Shown here: positions 20,545-30,352 of the stretch, piece by piece
How positions within the stretch are numbered: position 1 is the first letter of the stretch
Layout: each line of letters opens with the position of its first letter
NCBI GenBank assembly: GCA_036676395.1
Contig: JAKFCY010000002.1
Coordinates: forward strand, 544,001 to 608,000
Reading direction: 5' to 3'
Origin: Bdellovibrio sp.
Lineage (GTDB): Bacteria > Bdellovibrionota > Bdellovibrionia > Bdellovibrionales > Bdellovibrionaceae
DNA: 64,000 bases
Notes under the pieces: model-generated
Seen by the model: the letters and a program-made list of their open reading frames with translations, nothing else
The model's database searches: none
Told to the model about the DNA's origin: nothing
Position numbers and translations under genes: made by a program

Positions 20545-21320
20545 AACAAATATTTACTCTGTTTAAAAAAGAATTTAAAGCCATGTTTTTTTCGCCGCTG
20601 TTTTACGTGATCGCATTTTTGACGACAGTGTTGCTGGGAATCACCTTTTCGATTTCGATTTTAAATTTCGCCAATCAGATTTCAAATGCCATGATGGCCA
20701 TGGGATTAGGCAGTTCGCAACAACAAAATATTCACTATGTGGTGTTTTTACCGCACCTCTCATTATTAAACTTAATTTTAATGTTTATGGTGCCGGCCTT
20801 AGCCATGCGTTTAATTTCAGAAGAAAAGAAAAATCGCACTTTTGATTTGTTATTAACTTCGCCGATTTCTTCAGTGCAAATCGTGGTCGGAAAGTACTTA
20901 TCATTATTAGCAGTCGTCTTAGGTTTATCAGCAATTGCATTTATTTATATATTAGTGGCTCGTAAGATGTTTGATTTTTCTTGGGCTCCGGCGATTCTGG
21001 CTTTAACGGGAATTTTTCTGGTCGGTGCCGTTTACAGCGCCTTAAGCATGTTTGCTTCAAGTTTAACTGAAAATACGATGATCGCCTTTTTTGTCGGGAT
21101 CGTATTTAATATTTCAGTTTGGATTTTAGGTGGTTTTGCTGAATTAGTCGAAAGCACGGCGATGAAAGCGGTTTTTGATCAAATTTCGTTAAACCAGCAT
21201 TTACAAAGTTTAGTCGAAGGTGTGCTGCGTTTAAATGGTGTCGTGTTTTTTGTCAGTGTTATTTTTCTATTTTGTTTTTTGACCGAACGGGTAGTCGAAT
21301 CTGCCCGCTGGAGATCTTAA
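20541..21320 (+). CDS. ABC-2 permease (GldF-like)
   Basis: About six TM helices; MRLISEEKKNRTFDLLLTSP. Confidence 0.88.
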   Translation: MKQIFTLFKKEFKAMFFSPLFYVIAFLTTVLLGITFSISILNFANQISNAMMAMGLGSSQQQNIHYVVFLPHLSLLNLILMFMVPALAMRLISEEKKNRTFDLLLTSPISSVQIVVGKYLSLLAVVLGLSAIAFIYILVARKMFDFSWAPAILALTGIFLVGAVYSALSMFASSLTENTMIAFFVGIVFNISVWILGGFAELVESTAMKAVFDQISLNQHLQSLVEGVLRLNGVVFFVSVIFLFCFLTERVVESARWRS

Positions 21321-21321
21321 T

Positions 21322-22896
21322 ATGAGTAAAAAGGGACGCCTACTTTTAGGTATAGCTTGTATTTTATTTTTATCATTCGGCGGCTTGTATTTTGCCATTC
21401 AAACCTGGATGCCGTTTATGTGGTTTATCTTAGGCCCTGCAGTGCTGTCAGTGGTGGCCTGGGTTTATCAGGACCGTAAATTGTTATATGAACTGATGAC
21501 CATGAAGACCACAAAACACGGCTTAAACATGGGCGCTTTAGTTTTGATCGCGGTTGTTTTTTTAGTGGGTTTAAATATTCTTTCAAGTAAGAAGAATAAA
21601 AGTTTTGATTTTACCCAAGTGGGCTTACACACTTTGTCACCGCTATCAGTTCAGATTTTGAACAGCCTTGAAGGGGATTTAAGCGTTAAATTCTTTTATA
21701 AAGAAGGCGCTGAAAACGTAGAAGCCAATCGTAAAGCTTTTGCGCAAACGGCAAGAATGTACTCTGAAGCTTCAGATAAAGTAAAAATTGACTATATCGA
21801 AATGAATTCGAATCCGAAAACTACGGCAGATTTTGGGGCCAATCGCCCAGTGGGCGAAGTTTTTATTGATTATAAAGGTCAAAAAAACCGAATCGAATCG
21901 CAATTTTTAGGAAGCCAAGGGCAAAAATTTAACGAACAAGATTTTACCAATGCGATCATCAAAGTGACCCGCAAAGAAAAAAAGATCATCTATATTGTTG
22001 AAGGTGATGAAGAGCGTAATATTGAAGACGAAAAAAATCAGCGTGGTGTTTCTTCGTTTGTACAGTTGTTAGAAAAAAATTCTTACCTGGTTAAAAAGAT
22101 AAATTTAGTTAAGGCCACGGCGATTCCTGAAGAAGCGAATGCTTTAGTTATTCTTGGGCCGCAAAGTGCCTTAGAAAAATTTCAAATCGATGCGATCACT
22201 AAGTATTTATCAATCGGTGGGTCATTATTTTTAACGTTAGATGATAAAAATACGGCAGGTCTTTCTGGTTTGTTAAATACGTTCGGTCTTAAATTAGAAC
22301 AGCAATATATTTTTAATGTGATTAATTCTCCGATGGGGCAAGTGGTAAATTCAAACGAGCCTACAGTGGCTGTTGATTATTCGCCGGTAAATCCGATCAC
22401 TAAAGTATTTACCAGCAATCAAAAAGCTATTTTTATTGCGCCAAATTCTTTAGCGCTGGTGCCGGTCAGCCCAGATATTAAAAATGAAATCATTGTGCGC
22501 ACGCCAGAGGCTTCTGTCGCTTTACTTAAAATGGATAGCGCCAATTACGAAGGTCAACCAAGATCTTTTAATCTAATTGCTGAAGTGAATGGTAAACTTG
22601 ATAAAGCGACGAAACCTTTTAAAGCTGTTGTCGCAGCCGACACAGATTTTTTATCTAACGGAGCTATTTTTCAGAACGTAAATCGTGATCTGGCACTGAA
22701 TTCGATGTCGTATTTATTAGGCGACAGCGATTTAATTTCAATTGCTCCAAAAGAAGTATCAATCACGCAAATGTTAATGTCGCCTCCTGAATTTAGTCAG
22801 TTTTACAAGTTTGTGGTTATGGGAATATTTTTACCATTACCATTTTTATTTTTGGGTATAAGTATCGTGTTATGGCTTAGACGCCGTCACGCATAA
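21322..22896 (+). CDS. ABC transporter auxiliary component (GldG-like)
   Basis: N-terminal TMs, DFT..HTLS..S, EQDFTNAI, C-terminal TM ending RRRHA; follows GldA/F-like genes. Confidence 0.82.
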   Translation: MSKKGRLLLGIACILFLSFGGLYFAIQTWMPFMWFILGPAVLSVVAWVYQDRKLLYELMTMKTTKHGLNMGALVLIAVVFLVGLNILSSKKNKSFDFTQVGLHTLSPLSVQILNSLEGDLSVKFFYKEGAENVEANRKAFAQTARMYSEASDKVKIDYIEMNSNPKTTADFGANRPVGEVFIDYKGQKNRIESQFLGSQGQKFNEQDFTNAIIKVTRKEKKIIYIVEGDEERNIEDEKNQRGVSSFVQLLEKNSYLVKKINLVKATAIPEEANALVILGPQSALEKFQIDAITKYLSIGGSLFLTLDDKNTAGLSGLLNTFGLKLEQQYIFNVINSPMGQVVNSNEPTVAVDYSPVNPITKVFTSNQKAIFIAPNSLALVPVSPDIKNEIIVRTPEASVALLKMDSANYEGQPRSFNLIAEVNGKLDKATKPFKAVVAADTDFLSNGAIFQNVNRDLALNSMSYLLGDSDLISIAPKEVSITQMLMSPPEFSQFYKFVVMGIFLPLPFLFLGISIVLWLRRRHA

Positions 22897-22909
22897 GGAA
22901 TAAGTTCAT

Positions 22910-24292
22910 ATGAAGTTTTACAAAACAGTAATTTTGGCAGTACTGGCCGTGGCTTTCTCGGGCGGAATCTATTATTTTACCGTCGTGCGTGAAGCGCAAA
23001 ATGCAGAGCAGGATAGTACTCAGATTGTTTACTTAAAAAAAGAACAAATTAATTATCTTGAGATGCAGAACAAAAATACTAAATACGTTTTTCAAAAAAA
23101 TGATCAAGGCTGGAAAATTGAAGAACCGATCACAGATATTGCAGACGATCAGCGTTTAGAAGATGTATTAACTCAGCTGACCAATGAAAAACAAACGGCC
23201 ATCGCTAAAGAAGGACCCGGCATTAACTGGGCCGAGTTCGGTTTAGACACTCCAGAAGCTTTTATGGTGATCAAAAATAATCTTGGCCAATCACAAAAAA
23301 TATTCATAAGTGCCACAAAAAATTTCGAAGGTAATCATTACGCGCGTATTGATAATGTTGAAAAAATTTTGGTGGTTAGTCCGGCTTGGTTTAATTTTAC
23401 GACAGAAAAATTAACTTATTTTCGCGAGAAAAGTCTTTACCGAGGTCAAATCGCAGCCATTAAAAAAATTACGGTTCGTTCATTAAATGATAATTTCAGT
23501 TTAGTCAGTGGCGATAAGGGATGGTATTCTCCGGTTTTTGAAGACTACATCTTAGATCAAAGTAAAATTCGTTCAATGATTAAAGCCATCGCTGAAAACA
23601 CCATTCAAGAATATATCAGTGAGGGTGACCCCTCAGATATGGAGCGCAAGGAAAAAGGCTTAAATAAAGATTATTCTGAAGTCATTTTTGAAACTGAAAA
23701 TGATCGTTGGGCCGTGGTCGTTAACTTGCACGAAAAAGATAAAGCTCTTTATGCTTTAACAGAAAAGCCAACTTACTTAGTAAAACTTGATTTATCGCAA
23801 TGGGAGCTATTTGGAAATTTAAATTTAGATGCCCTTCGCGATCGTAAAACTATGATGACATTCGATGTAAAGATGGTGAATCGCGTGTTTGTCAGAAGTG
23901 GTGCTAAAAGTTTACAGCTGGTTAAAGAAGATTCTAAATGGCGTCCAGAGGCTGCAGATCTTGCTGAAAAAATAAAAATTAATAATGATGATATGGCTGA
24001 TTTAATCAATCAGGTGCACGATCTTGAGATCACTTACTTTTTACATGAAGAAGAGGGTAAAGATTTCGTCGGTAACGACATGATCATTTTAAAAACCTCT
24101 GAAGATCAGTTGTTGTTTCAGGTCAACTGGGGGCCGCTGCGCAAAGATTACTTCTTAGCGCGCACCCAGACGAGTGATAATATTTTTGGTCTCAAAAAAT
24201 CATACATTGATCAACTTCCATTAGAGAAAATTTTAAAAGACCAGGTAGCTCACGTCGAAGTGTTACCTGAAAGCAAAGCGAGAAAAAAATGA
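22910..24292 (+). CDS. DUF4340-like repeat membrane-anchored protein
   Basis: N-terminal anchor; repeated W..EP...AD and FGLD.P segments; typical position after GldG. Confidence 0.7.
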   Translation: MKFYKTVILAVLAVAFSGGIYYFTVVREAQNAEQDSTQIVYLKKEQINYLEMQNKNTKYVFQKNDQGWKIEEPITDIADDQRLEDVLTQLTNEKQTAIAKEGPGINWAEFGLDTPEAFMVIKNNLGQSQKIFISATKNFEGNHYARIDNVEKILVVSPAWFNFTTEKLTYFREKSLYRGQIAAIKKITVRSLNDNFSLVSGDKGWYSPVFEDYILDQSKIRSMIKAIAENTIQEYISEGDPSDMERKEKGLNKDYSEVIFETENDRWAVVVNLHEKDKALYALTEKPTYLVKLDLSQWELFGNLNLDALRDRKTMMTFDVKMVNRVFVRSGAKSLQLVKEDSKWRPEAADLAEKIKINNDDMADLINQVHDLEITYFLHEEEGKDFVGNDMIILKTSEDQLLFQVNWGPLRKDYFLARTQTSDNIFGLKKSYIDQLPLEKILKDQVAHVEVLPESKARKK

Positions 24293-25320
24293 TAACTGTT
24301 AAATCACCAACCCGCGTAGACCTTGCCGGTGGTACTTTAGATCTTTGGCCTTTATATAATTTTGTAGATACTGCACGCACGGTAAATCTTGCCATTGATA
24401 TTTGGACTAAAGTTAATTTAGAAGCGCGCACAGATCAATCCATCGAAGTGCATTCGTTAGATTTAAAACAAAAATGGACTTTCAAAAATTACAGCCAATT
24501 TATTGAAGCACTAGATCCGAAGTTACACCTCTATCAAAGTGTGATTTCAAAGTTTCATAAGAAAGCACCAGGCCCAGTTGAAAAAGGTTTTGCAATTTCG
24601 ACGCAATCTGAAAGCCCCATTGGTGGTGGTCTTGGTGGCAGCAGTAGCTTGATCATTTCAATGATGAAAGCATTTTCGCAGCTGACAGACATTAAATTTT
24701 CTTCAAGCCATGAAATGGTTCATTGGGCGCATAACCTAGAAGCTGAAATTTTAAATACGCCAACCGGCACGCAAGATTATTACCCAGCGATTACTGGGGG
24801 TTTAAATTATTTAAACTATGACACATTCGGCATTACCCAAAATATCACTGACCCCAAAGGCACACCTTTGCATGATAATTTTTTATTAGTTTACACGGGC
24901 CGCAGTCATCATAGTGGTTTAAACAATTTTGAAGTTTTAAAAGCAGCTATCGCGCGCGATGCGAAAGTGATGGCCGCACTGAAAAAAATTAAACTTATCG
25001 CCGATGATTTATGGCAAGCCATTCAAGACAATGCCTGGGAGAAGCTTCCAGAGTTATTTCGCGAAGAATATGACGCACGTATCCAGTTAACTCCGGCATT
25101 CACCAGTCCTGAAATCGAAAGACTGCATCAAATCGGCTTATCAAACGGAGCGCTCGCTGTTAAAATATGTGGAGCCGGCGGTGGTGGATGTGTCCTGGTT
25201 TGGGTTAGTCCTGAGCATCGTCAGAAAGTGATCAGCGCATGCGAAAACGAAAAGTTTCAGTGTCTAAACGCAAGGCCAGTAAGCCCGCTGGTAAATCCGT
25301 TGTCAAACAACACGCTTTAA
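24289..25320 (+). CDS. GHMP-family sugar kinase (HddA-like)
   Basis: PTRVDLAGGTLD, PIGGGLGGSSS, GTQD, KICGAGGGG. Confidence 0.85.
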   Translation: MITVKSPTRVDLAGGTLDLWPLYNFVDTARTVNLAIDIWTKVNLEARTDQSIEVHSLDLKQKWTFKNYSQFIEALDPKLHLYQSVISKFHKKAPGPVEKGFAISTQSESPIGGGLGGSSSLIISMMKAFSQLTDIKFSSSHEMVHWAHNLEAEILNTPTGTQDYYPAITGGLNYLNYDTFGITQNITDPKGTPLHDNFLLVYTGRSHHSGLNNFEVLKAAIARDAKVMAALKKIKLIADDLWQAIQDNAWEKLPELFREEYDARIQLTPAFTSPEIERLHQIGLSNGALAVKICGAGGGGCVLVWVSPEHRQKVISACENEKFQCLNARPVSPLVNPLSNNTL

Positions 25321-26162
25321 CTTCTCCGGCAGCAAGTAATGTTATTCGTTTTATCGGAGTCTCTTTAGCCGGAGGCAAATCTGATAAAGCCTGCGTTGCT
25401 GTTTTAGAATACTATCCAGAAAATAAAAAAATATTTTTATCGAGATTATTTGAAAAAATTAAATCTGACGAAACCATTTCGGGAGATTTAAAAATCCATG
25501 AATTAATTTTACAAAATGCCGACACCCTAAAGTATGTGGCGTTTGATACCCCATGGAATCTACCCAACTGTTTACGTTGTGAATTAAAATGCCCAGGATA
25601 TGAAAACTGCCATCAACCTCATGTTGAATGGATGTGGAAGCATCAAGAAGACCGTTTAAAGAAAAAACGCCCGAAAAAATTATTCACACCCTACACTCAG
25701 CGGGCTGTAGAAATGTATTTTTCAACAGAACTTGAAGAAGTTTTTCACCTGCACCACGCGATGGGGGCAAACACCGCGCCGTTATTAGCACGGGCTAATT
25801 TTATTCGTAAAAGGCTAACAGTAGATTGCATCGAAGCTTTTCCAAAACTTACGCTATGGCGTATGGGTAAAGCGCTAAACATGATGAAATCACAAATCAG
25901 TGATCATCGCGCAGCTTTTGGCGGCGATGAAGCGCGCGCTCAGTTTATCCAAGCACTCAACGACAACAATATTGCATTCATCTACCACCAAGATGCAAAG
26001 CACATGGTTGAAAACAATCATGCCTTTGAAGCTTTTATGTGTGGCATGACTGCTTTTTTAAAATTTAAAAATTTAACCGAAAAAAGACCGAAAGGTTTTC
26101 CAGCAGAAGAAGATTGGATCGATTTTCCGATTGATGGTTTAAAGATTAAGGATTTCGCATGA
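25239..26162 (+). CDS. DUF429-like RNase H-fold protein with a Cys-cluster insert
   Basis: FIGVSLAG, VAFDTP, IEAFPK, FEAFMC; CLRCELKCPGYENC; start uncertain. Confidence 0.55.
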   Translation: MRKRKVSVSKRKASKPAGKSVVKQHALTSPAASNVIRFIGVSLAGGKSDKACVAVLEYYPENKKIFLSRLFEKIKSDETISGDLKIHELILQNADTLKYVAFDTPWNLPNCLRCELKCPGYENCHQPHVEWMWKHQEDRLKKKRPKKLFTPYTQRAVEMYFSTELEEVFHLHHAMGANTAPLLARANFIRKRLTVDCIEAFPKLTLWRMGKALNMMKSQISDHRAAFGGDEARAQFIQALNDNNIAFIYHQDAKHMVENNHAFEAFMCGMTAFLKFKNLTEKRPKGFPAEEDWIDFPIDGLKIKDFA

Positions 26163-27559
26163 TTATTCAAACTCACATTTTACAAAAAGCCTTAGACGCA
26201 GCTTTATCTACAGGAGCAGACTTTGCTGATATCTTTGTTGAAGACACTTATTCATCAAATTTAACGGTGATGAATTCTAGGCCAGATAAGGCGATCGTTG
26301 GCCAGCTTTACGGCGCAGGCATTCGCGTGGTGTTCGGCACAGAAGTGGTTTATGTCACCACAAGTGATCTTTCAGAAAAAGGCTTGGTGCGGGCAGCAAT
26401 GATTGCAGCCAACAGCCAAACTGGTGACACTTCAAAAATTATTAAACCGATTCATTTAAATAATCCAAATCAGTTCGATTCAATTCATACCTTCGGCGAT
26501 AAACCGTGGGAAATTAACCGTGACAAAAAAATGGCTTGGCTCAATTCAGCGGATCAGCATGCACGCAGCCTAAGTACACATGTCACACAAGTAGAGGCAG
26601 GTCTAAATGAAAAATTCCAAAAAGTACAAATCGTTAATTCTCGTGGCGTTTCAGTATATGATGAGCGCGCTTATTCACGCTTTAATGTTGAAACTTTCGT
26701 TGAAACTAACGGTACTAAAGAAAGTTCTGGCGAGAACCATGGTCATATGGGCACTTCAGAAATTTTTGATCGCTTTGATCTCAAAGCGATGACCAAAGAC
26801 ACTGTTGATCGCGCGCTGTTATTAACCAAATCAGGTTTTGCACCGGCGGGTGAAATGCCCGTGGTGTTAGCGAATGGCTTCGGCGGGGTCATCTTACACG
26901 AAGCTTGCGGTCACGGCTTAGAAACAACATCCGTGCAAACTGGGGATTCAGTGTTTGCTGATAAGATGGGTCAAAAAATTGGTAATGAATGTTTAACAGC
27001 AGTTGATGATGGCACCATTAAAAATGAATGGGGTTCATTAAATTTTGATGATGAAGGAATGCCTACGAAAAAAACCACGCTGATTGAAAACGGTGTGGTG
27101 AAGTCATTTTTAGTCGATCAGGTTGGCGCTTTGAAAACTGGTTTTGAAGCCACAGGCAGCGGTCGTAAGCAGTCTTACAAGTTTGCTCCGGCTTCACGTA
27201 TGCGTAATACTTTCATCGCTCCCGGAAAAGATACATTCGAAGATATGATCAAAGATGTTGATTACGGTTTATTTGCTAAACGCATGGGTGGTGGATCAGT
27301 AAATACCAGTACGGGTGATTACAACTTTCAGGTGCGCGAAGCTTATGTGATTAGAAAAGGTCGCATCGAAGAAGCCGTTAAAGGTGCATGTCTTATCGGA
27401 CGTGGTATCGAAACATTAGGTAAAATCACTAAAGTCGGCAGCGAAATGAAAATGGCCACTGGAATGTGTGGTTCTGTGAGCGGCAGTATCCCAGCTGGTG
27501 TGGGTCAGCCTGAAGTCTTAGTTTCAAGTTTAATGGTTGGCGGAAAGGCGGGTAAATAA
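26159..27559 (+). CDS. tldD: Metalloprotease TldD
   Basis: HEACGHGLE, GSGR..SY, RMRNT, GMCGS. Confidence 0.92.
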   Translation: MIIQTHILQKALDAALSTGADFADIFVEDTYSSNLTVMNSRPDKAIVGQLYGAGIRVVFGTEVVYVTTSDLSEKGLVRAAMIAANSQTGDTSKIIKPIHLNNPNQFDSIHTFGDKPWEINRDKKMAWLNSADQHARSLSTHVTQVEAGLNEKFQKVQIVNSRGVSVYDERAYSRFNVETFVETNGTKESSGENHGHMGTSEIFDRFDLKAMTKDTVDRALLLTKSGFAPAGEMPVVLANGFGGVILHEACGHGLETTSVQTGDSVFADKMGQKIGNECLTAVDDGTIKNEWGSLNFDDEGMPTKKTTLIENGVVKSFLVDQVGALKTGFEATGSGRKQSYKFAPASRMRNTFIAPGKDTFEDMIKDVDYGLFAKRMGGGSVNTSTGDYNFQVREAYVIRKGRIEEAVKGACLIGRGIETLGKITKVGSEMKMATGMCGSVSGSIPAGVGQPEVLVSSLMVGGKAGK

Positions 27560-27560
27560 T

Positions 27561-28904
27561 ATGGATCAAATCAAAGATAACTTTCTTAAAATTCAAAAAT
27601 TGGCCGAAGATAAAAAAGCTCAGGTCGAATTACTCTATTCTGAAACTGAAAAATTAAATTTAGGTTATAAGCAAAAAAAATTAGATAAATTCGAATCCAT
27701 TCAAAGTCAAATTGCGGGCCTGCGTGTAATCATTGGCTCATCGCAAGGTTATGCTTACACAGAAAACTTATCGGAAGCCTCATTGTTAAATACCTTTAAC
27801 GAAGCCTATAATAACGCTCAGGCAAATTCGCAAACGGCTGATAAGAATAATAAGCCACTTAATTTAGTAAAACCGACGTCGCTTAAAATCACAGACCCTA
27901 AATTTAGTGAAATTCCGATCGCTGAAAAAAAAGCTGTGGCTGAAAAGTTAGAATCGCAGTGTTTAAGCCAAGATAAAATTCAATCTGTCCCGTGGGCAGG
28001 CTTTTCTGAGAGCCAGGGCGCGGTTCGTGTATTAAATTCTGCAGGTGTAGATTGTAAATATAAATTTCAATATTATTCAGCCTACGCTTACCCCTTAGCT
28101 AAAGACGGTGAATCGTCTAAAATGGGCGGTGAATCGATGATCTCGCGTGATTTTAAAGATATTGATGTGAATCACATCACATCAGAGGCTGTTAAAAGAG
28201 CCAAAGAAAAATTAAATGCTAAAACTTTAAAAACAGGTAATTACGCAACGATCATCACCAGTGATGAATTCGTGACGATGATTAATATGTTTGAAAGTTA
28301 TTTTTCGGCAAAACAAGTGTTCGAAGGCAAATCACTGTTAAAAGGAAAGATCGGTTCAATCATTGCAAGTCCACTTTTCACATTGGTTGATAACCCTTTA
28401 GAAGAAACCCTTCCAGGGTATCGTCCATTTGATTCTGAAGGGGCGACTTCATTAACAACAACACTGATTGATCAGGGTGAATTTAAAACTTTTATTACAA
28501 ATTTAGAATACTCTGAAAAAATGAATCTACCGCACACAGCCCATGCGGCACGTTCGCCAGCAGGCACGATGTCAATTGGCTGCAGCAACTTAATTGTTCC
28601 GGCAGGAAAAGATTCATTGGATCAGCTTATCGCAAAAAACAAAACCACTGTGGTGATCACTGAATTTACCGGCGGCTTACACGCAGGTTACAACGAAACA
28701 ACGGGCGAATTCTCGATGCCAGCAGAAGGTTTACTATACGAAGATGGTAAACTAGTTGGCCCAGTAGATCAGTTCGTGGTTTCAGGAAACATTTTAGAAA
28801 CACTAAAAAAAATCACAGCCCTAAGTAACAAATTAAACAGCGGCTCAAGCGGTCGCATGTGCCCAGATGTTCTGATCTCAGAACTCAGTTTTGCCGGAGC
28901 TTAG
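27561..28904 (+). CDS. pmbA: TldE/PmbA partner subunit
   Basis: PFDSEG, TGEFS, SGNI; lacks HExxxH; follows tldD. Confidence 0.85.
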   Translation: MDQIKDNFLKIQKLAEDKKAQVELLYSETEKLNLGYKQKKLDKFESIQSQIAGLRVIIGSSQGYAYTENLSEASLLNTFNEAYNNAQANSQTADKNNKPLNLVKPTSLKITDPKFSEIPIAEKKAVAEKLESQCLSQDKIQSVPWAGFSESQGAVRVLNSAGVDCKYKFQYYSAYAYPLAKDGESSKMGGESMISRDFKDIDVNHITSEAVKRAKEKLNAKTLKTGNYATIITSDEFVTMINMFESYFSAKQVFEGKSLLKGKIGSIIASPLFTLVDNPLEETLPGYRPFDSEGATSLTTTLIDQGEFKTFITNLEYSEKMNLPHTAHAARSPAGTMSIGCSNLIVPAGKDSLDQLIAKNKTTVVITEFTGGLHAGYNETTGEFSMPAEGLLYEDGKLVGPVDQFVVSGNILETLKKITALSNKLNSGSSGRMCPDVLISELSFAGA

Positions 28905-28956
28905 GTGCCAGGCCGTCTTTCTGGTTGCAGCGTGTTGCAAATATTACCTTAGCGCA

Positions 28957-28991
28957 GAAAAGGCCTAAGCCGTAAAGTGGCAGGCCTTTTT
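28957..28991. terminator. Rho-independent terminator after pmbA
   Basis: aaaaggcct...aggcctttt stem-loop. Confidence 0.7.
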
Positions 28992-29097
28992 GTGTTTTAA
29001 GACCATAAGAGCGTACAAAGTTTAGTCAGATAGAATTTACCGCAGTCAGAATCATAACGGATTATATTTCTGTTAAAGCCTAGTTAAACTACGGCCT

Positions 29098-30279
29098 ATG
29101 AAAACACAAAAGCTTGTAAGCCTATTTCTAGTCGCGCAATTTATCACTGCTTCTGCCTTCTCGGCTGAAGTTCTAAGATACAAACAGGGCTGCTCTGCCG
29201 GAGACGACATTCGTATCGTTGGCGTAGGTGATTTACTTATGCATGATCGCTTACAAATTCAAGCGTCACAGCATAAATTAGGTTTTAAAAGTTTATGGTC
29301 ATCATTACTTCCGATTTTTGCTGAGGCTGATATAGCTTATGCAAATCTTGAAGGTACAACGGCTGAAAGTGTTGTCAAAGGCGGTAAAATTCAGATCGAT
29401 CCAGGTTTTGTTTTCGATAAAGAAGTTTACAGCGGTTACCCAGCATTTAATTATCATAAGAGTTTAATCACAGACATTAAAGAGTCAGGCTTTGATGTTG
29501 TGTCGACTGCGAATAATCATTCTTTCGACCGTGAATCAGTGGGCGTTGATAAAACGATCGCCGAATTAATCGCTGTCGGCCTTTCATACACAGGCACAAA
29601 AACTAAAGCGTTTGGTGCTAACGAAACATGGCACACCATCACTGAAGTTAAAAATCGCCGTATCGCATGGCTTGCATGTACTTATGAAACCAATGGCCGT
29701 CGTGATAAATTAAAACAAGTGCTAACATGTTTTGACCAAAAAGAATTGTTACTAAAAACAATTCGCGACTTATCAAATGATCCATCAATCGATGCTGTGA
29801 TTGTTACTCCGCACTGGGGAGGGGAGTATCAATTACAGCACAATTCTCAACAAACAAAACTAGGCCGTGAAATCTTAGAAGCCGGCGCTGTAGCTGTAAT
29901 CGGAACGCACCCGCATGTGGTGCAACCTTGGGAGAAGTACACGACAAAATCTGGACGCGAAGGTTTTATCGCTTATTCAACAGGTAACTTCGTTGCAGGC
30001 CAATCACCAATCGAAAAACGCACTTCATTGATGGTGAGCCTTTCGTTAACCGCGCGTGCAGGTGAAAAATTAGAACTTCGCGGAGTTGAGTATGTTCCGT
30101 TATTAATTCACCGTGGGTCAATTATCCAAAGTAAAGATATGCGCGTGGCTTTATCGACAACTGCAGAAAAAGTTGCTTCGAGTGCTGTAAAAATCTGGAA
30201 TGATAACTACGCCCAAGAAAATATGATGAAAGCCACTCGGGCTGAGTCATTAGAATCTATGTGTAATTTATCAAAGTAA
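29098..30279 (+). CDS. CapA/PGA_cap-family metallophosphoesterase-like exported protein
   Basis: Signal peptide; GDLLMH, ANLEG, ANNHSFD, PHWGGEY, GTHPHV, YSTGNF. Confidence 0.88.
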   Translation: MKTQKLVSLFLVAQFITASAFSAEVLRYKQGCSAGDDIRIVGVGDLLMHDRLQIQASQHKLGFKSLWSSLLPIFAEADIAYANLEGTTAESVVKGGKIQIDPGFVFDKEVYSGYPAFNYHKSLITDIKESGFDVVSTANNHSFDRESVGVDKTIAELIAVGLSYTGTKTKAFGANETWHTITEVKNRRIAWLACTYETNGRRDKLKQVLTCFDQKELLLKTIRDLSNDPSIDAVIVTPHWGGEYQLQHNSQQTKLGREILEAGAVAVIGTHPHVVQPWEKYTTKSGREGFIAYSTGNFVAGQSPIEKRTSLMVSLSLTARAGEKLELRGVEYVPLLIHRGSIIQSKDMRVALSTTAEKVASSAVKIWNDNYAQENMMKATRAESLESMCNLSK

Positions 30280-30292
30280 GACACGGCCGTTA

Positions 30293-30307
30293 TGGCCCTT
30301 TGATTGC
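30293..30307 (+). promoter_or_regulatory. Sigma-54-like promoter
   Basis: TGGC-cctttga-TTGC (GG-N10-GC) upstream of the lipoprotein gene. Confidence 0.5.
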
Positions 30308-30352
30308 CAGTAACAATGAGTGATCTTAATAACTTGTTACTAGAGGTGTTTT

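Noticed and set aside
28903..28921. aggtgccaggccgtcttt as a REP-like palindrome
   Set aside because: Degenerate and single in this window; cannot be supported
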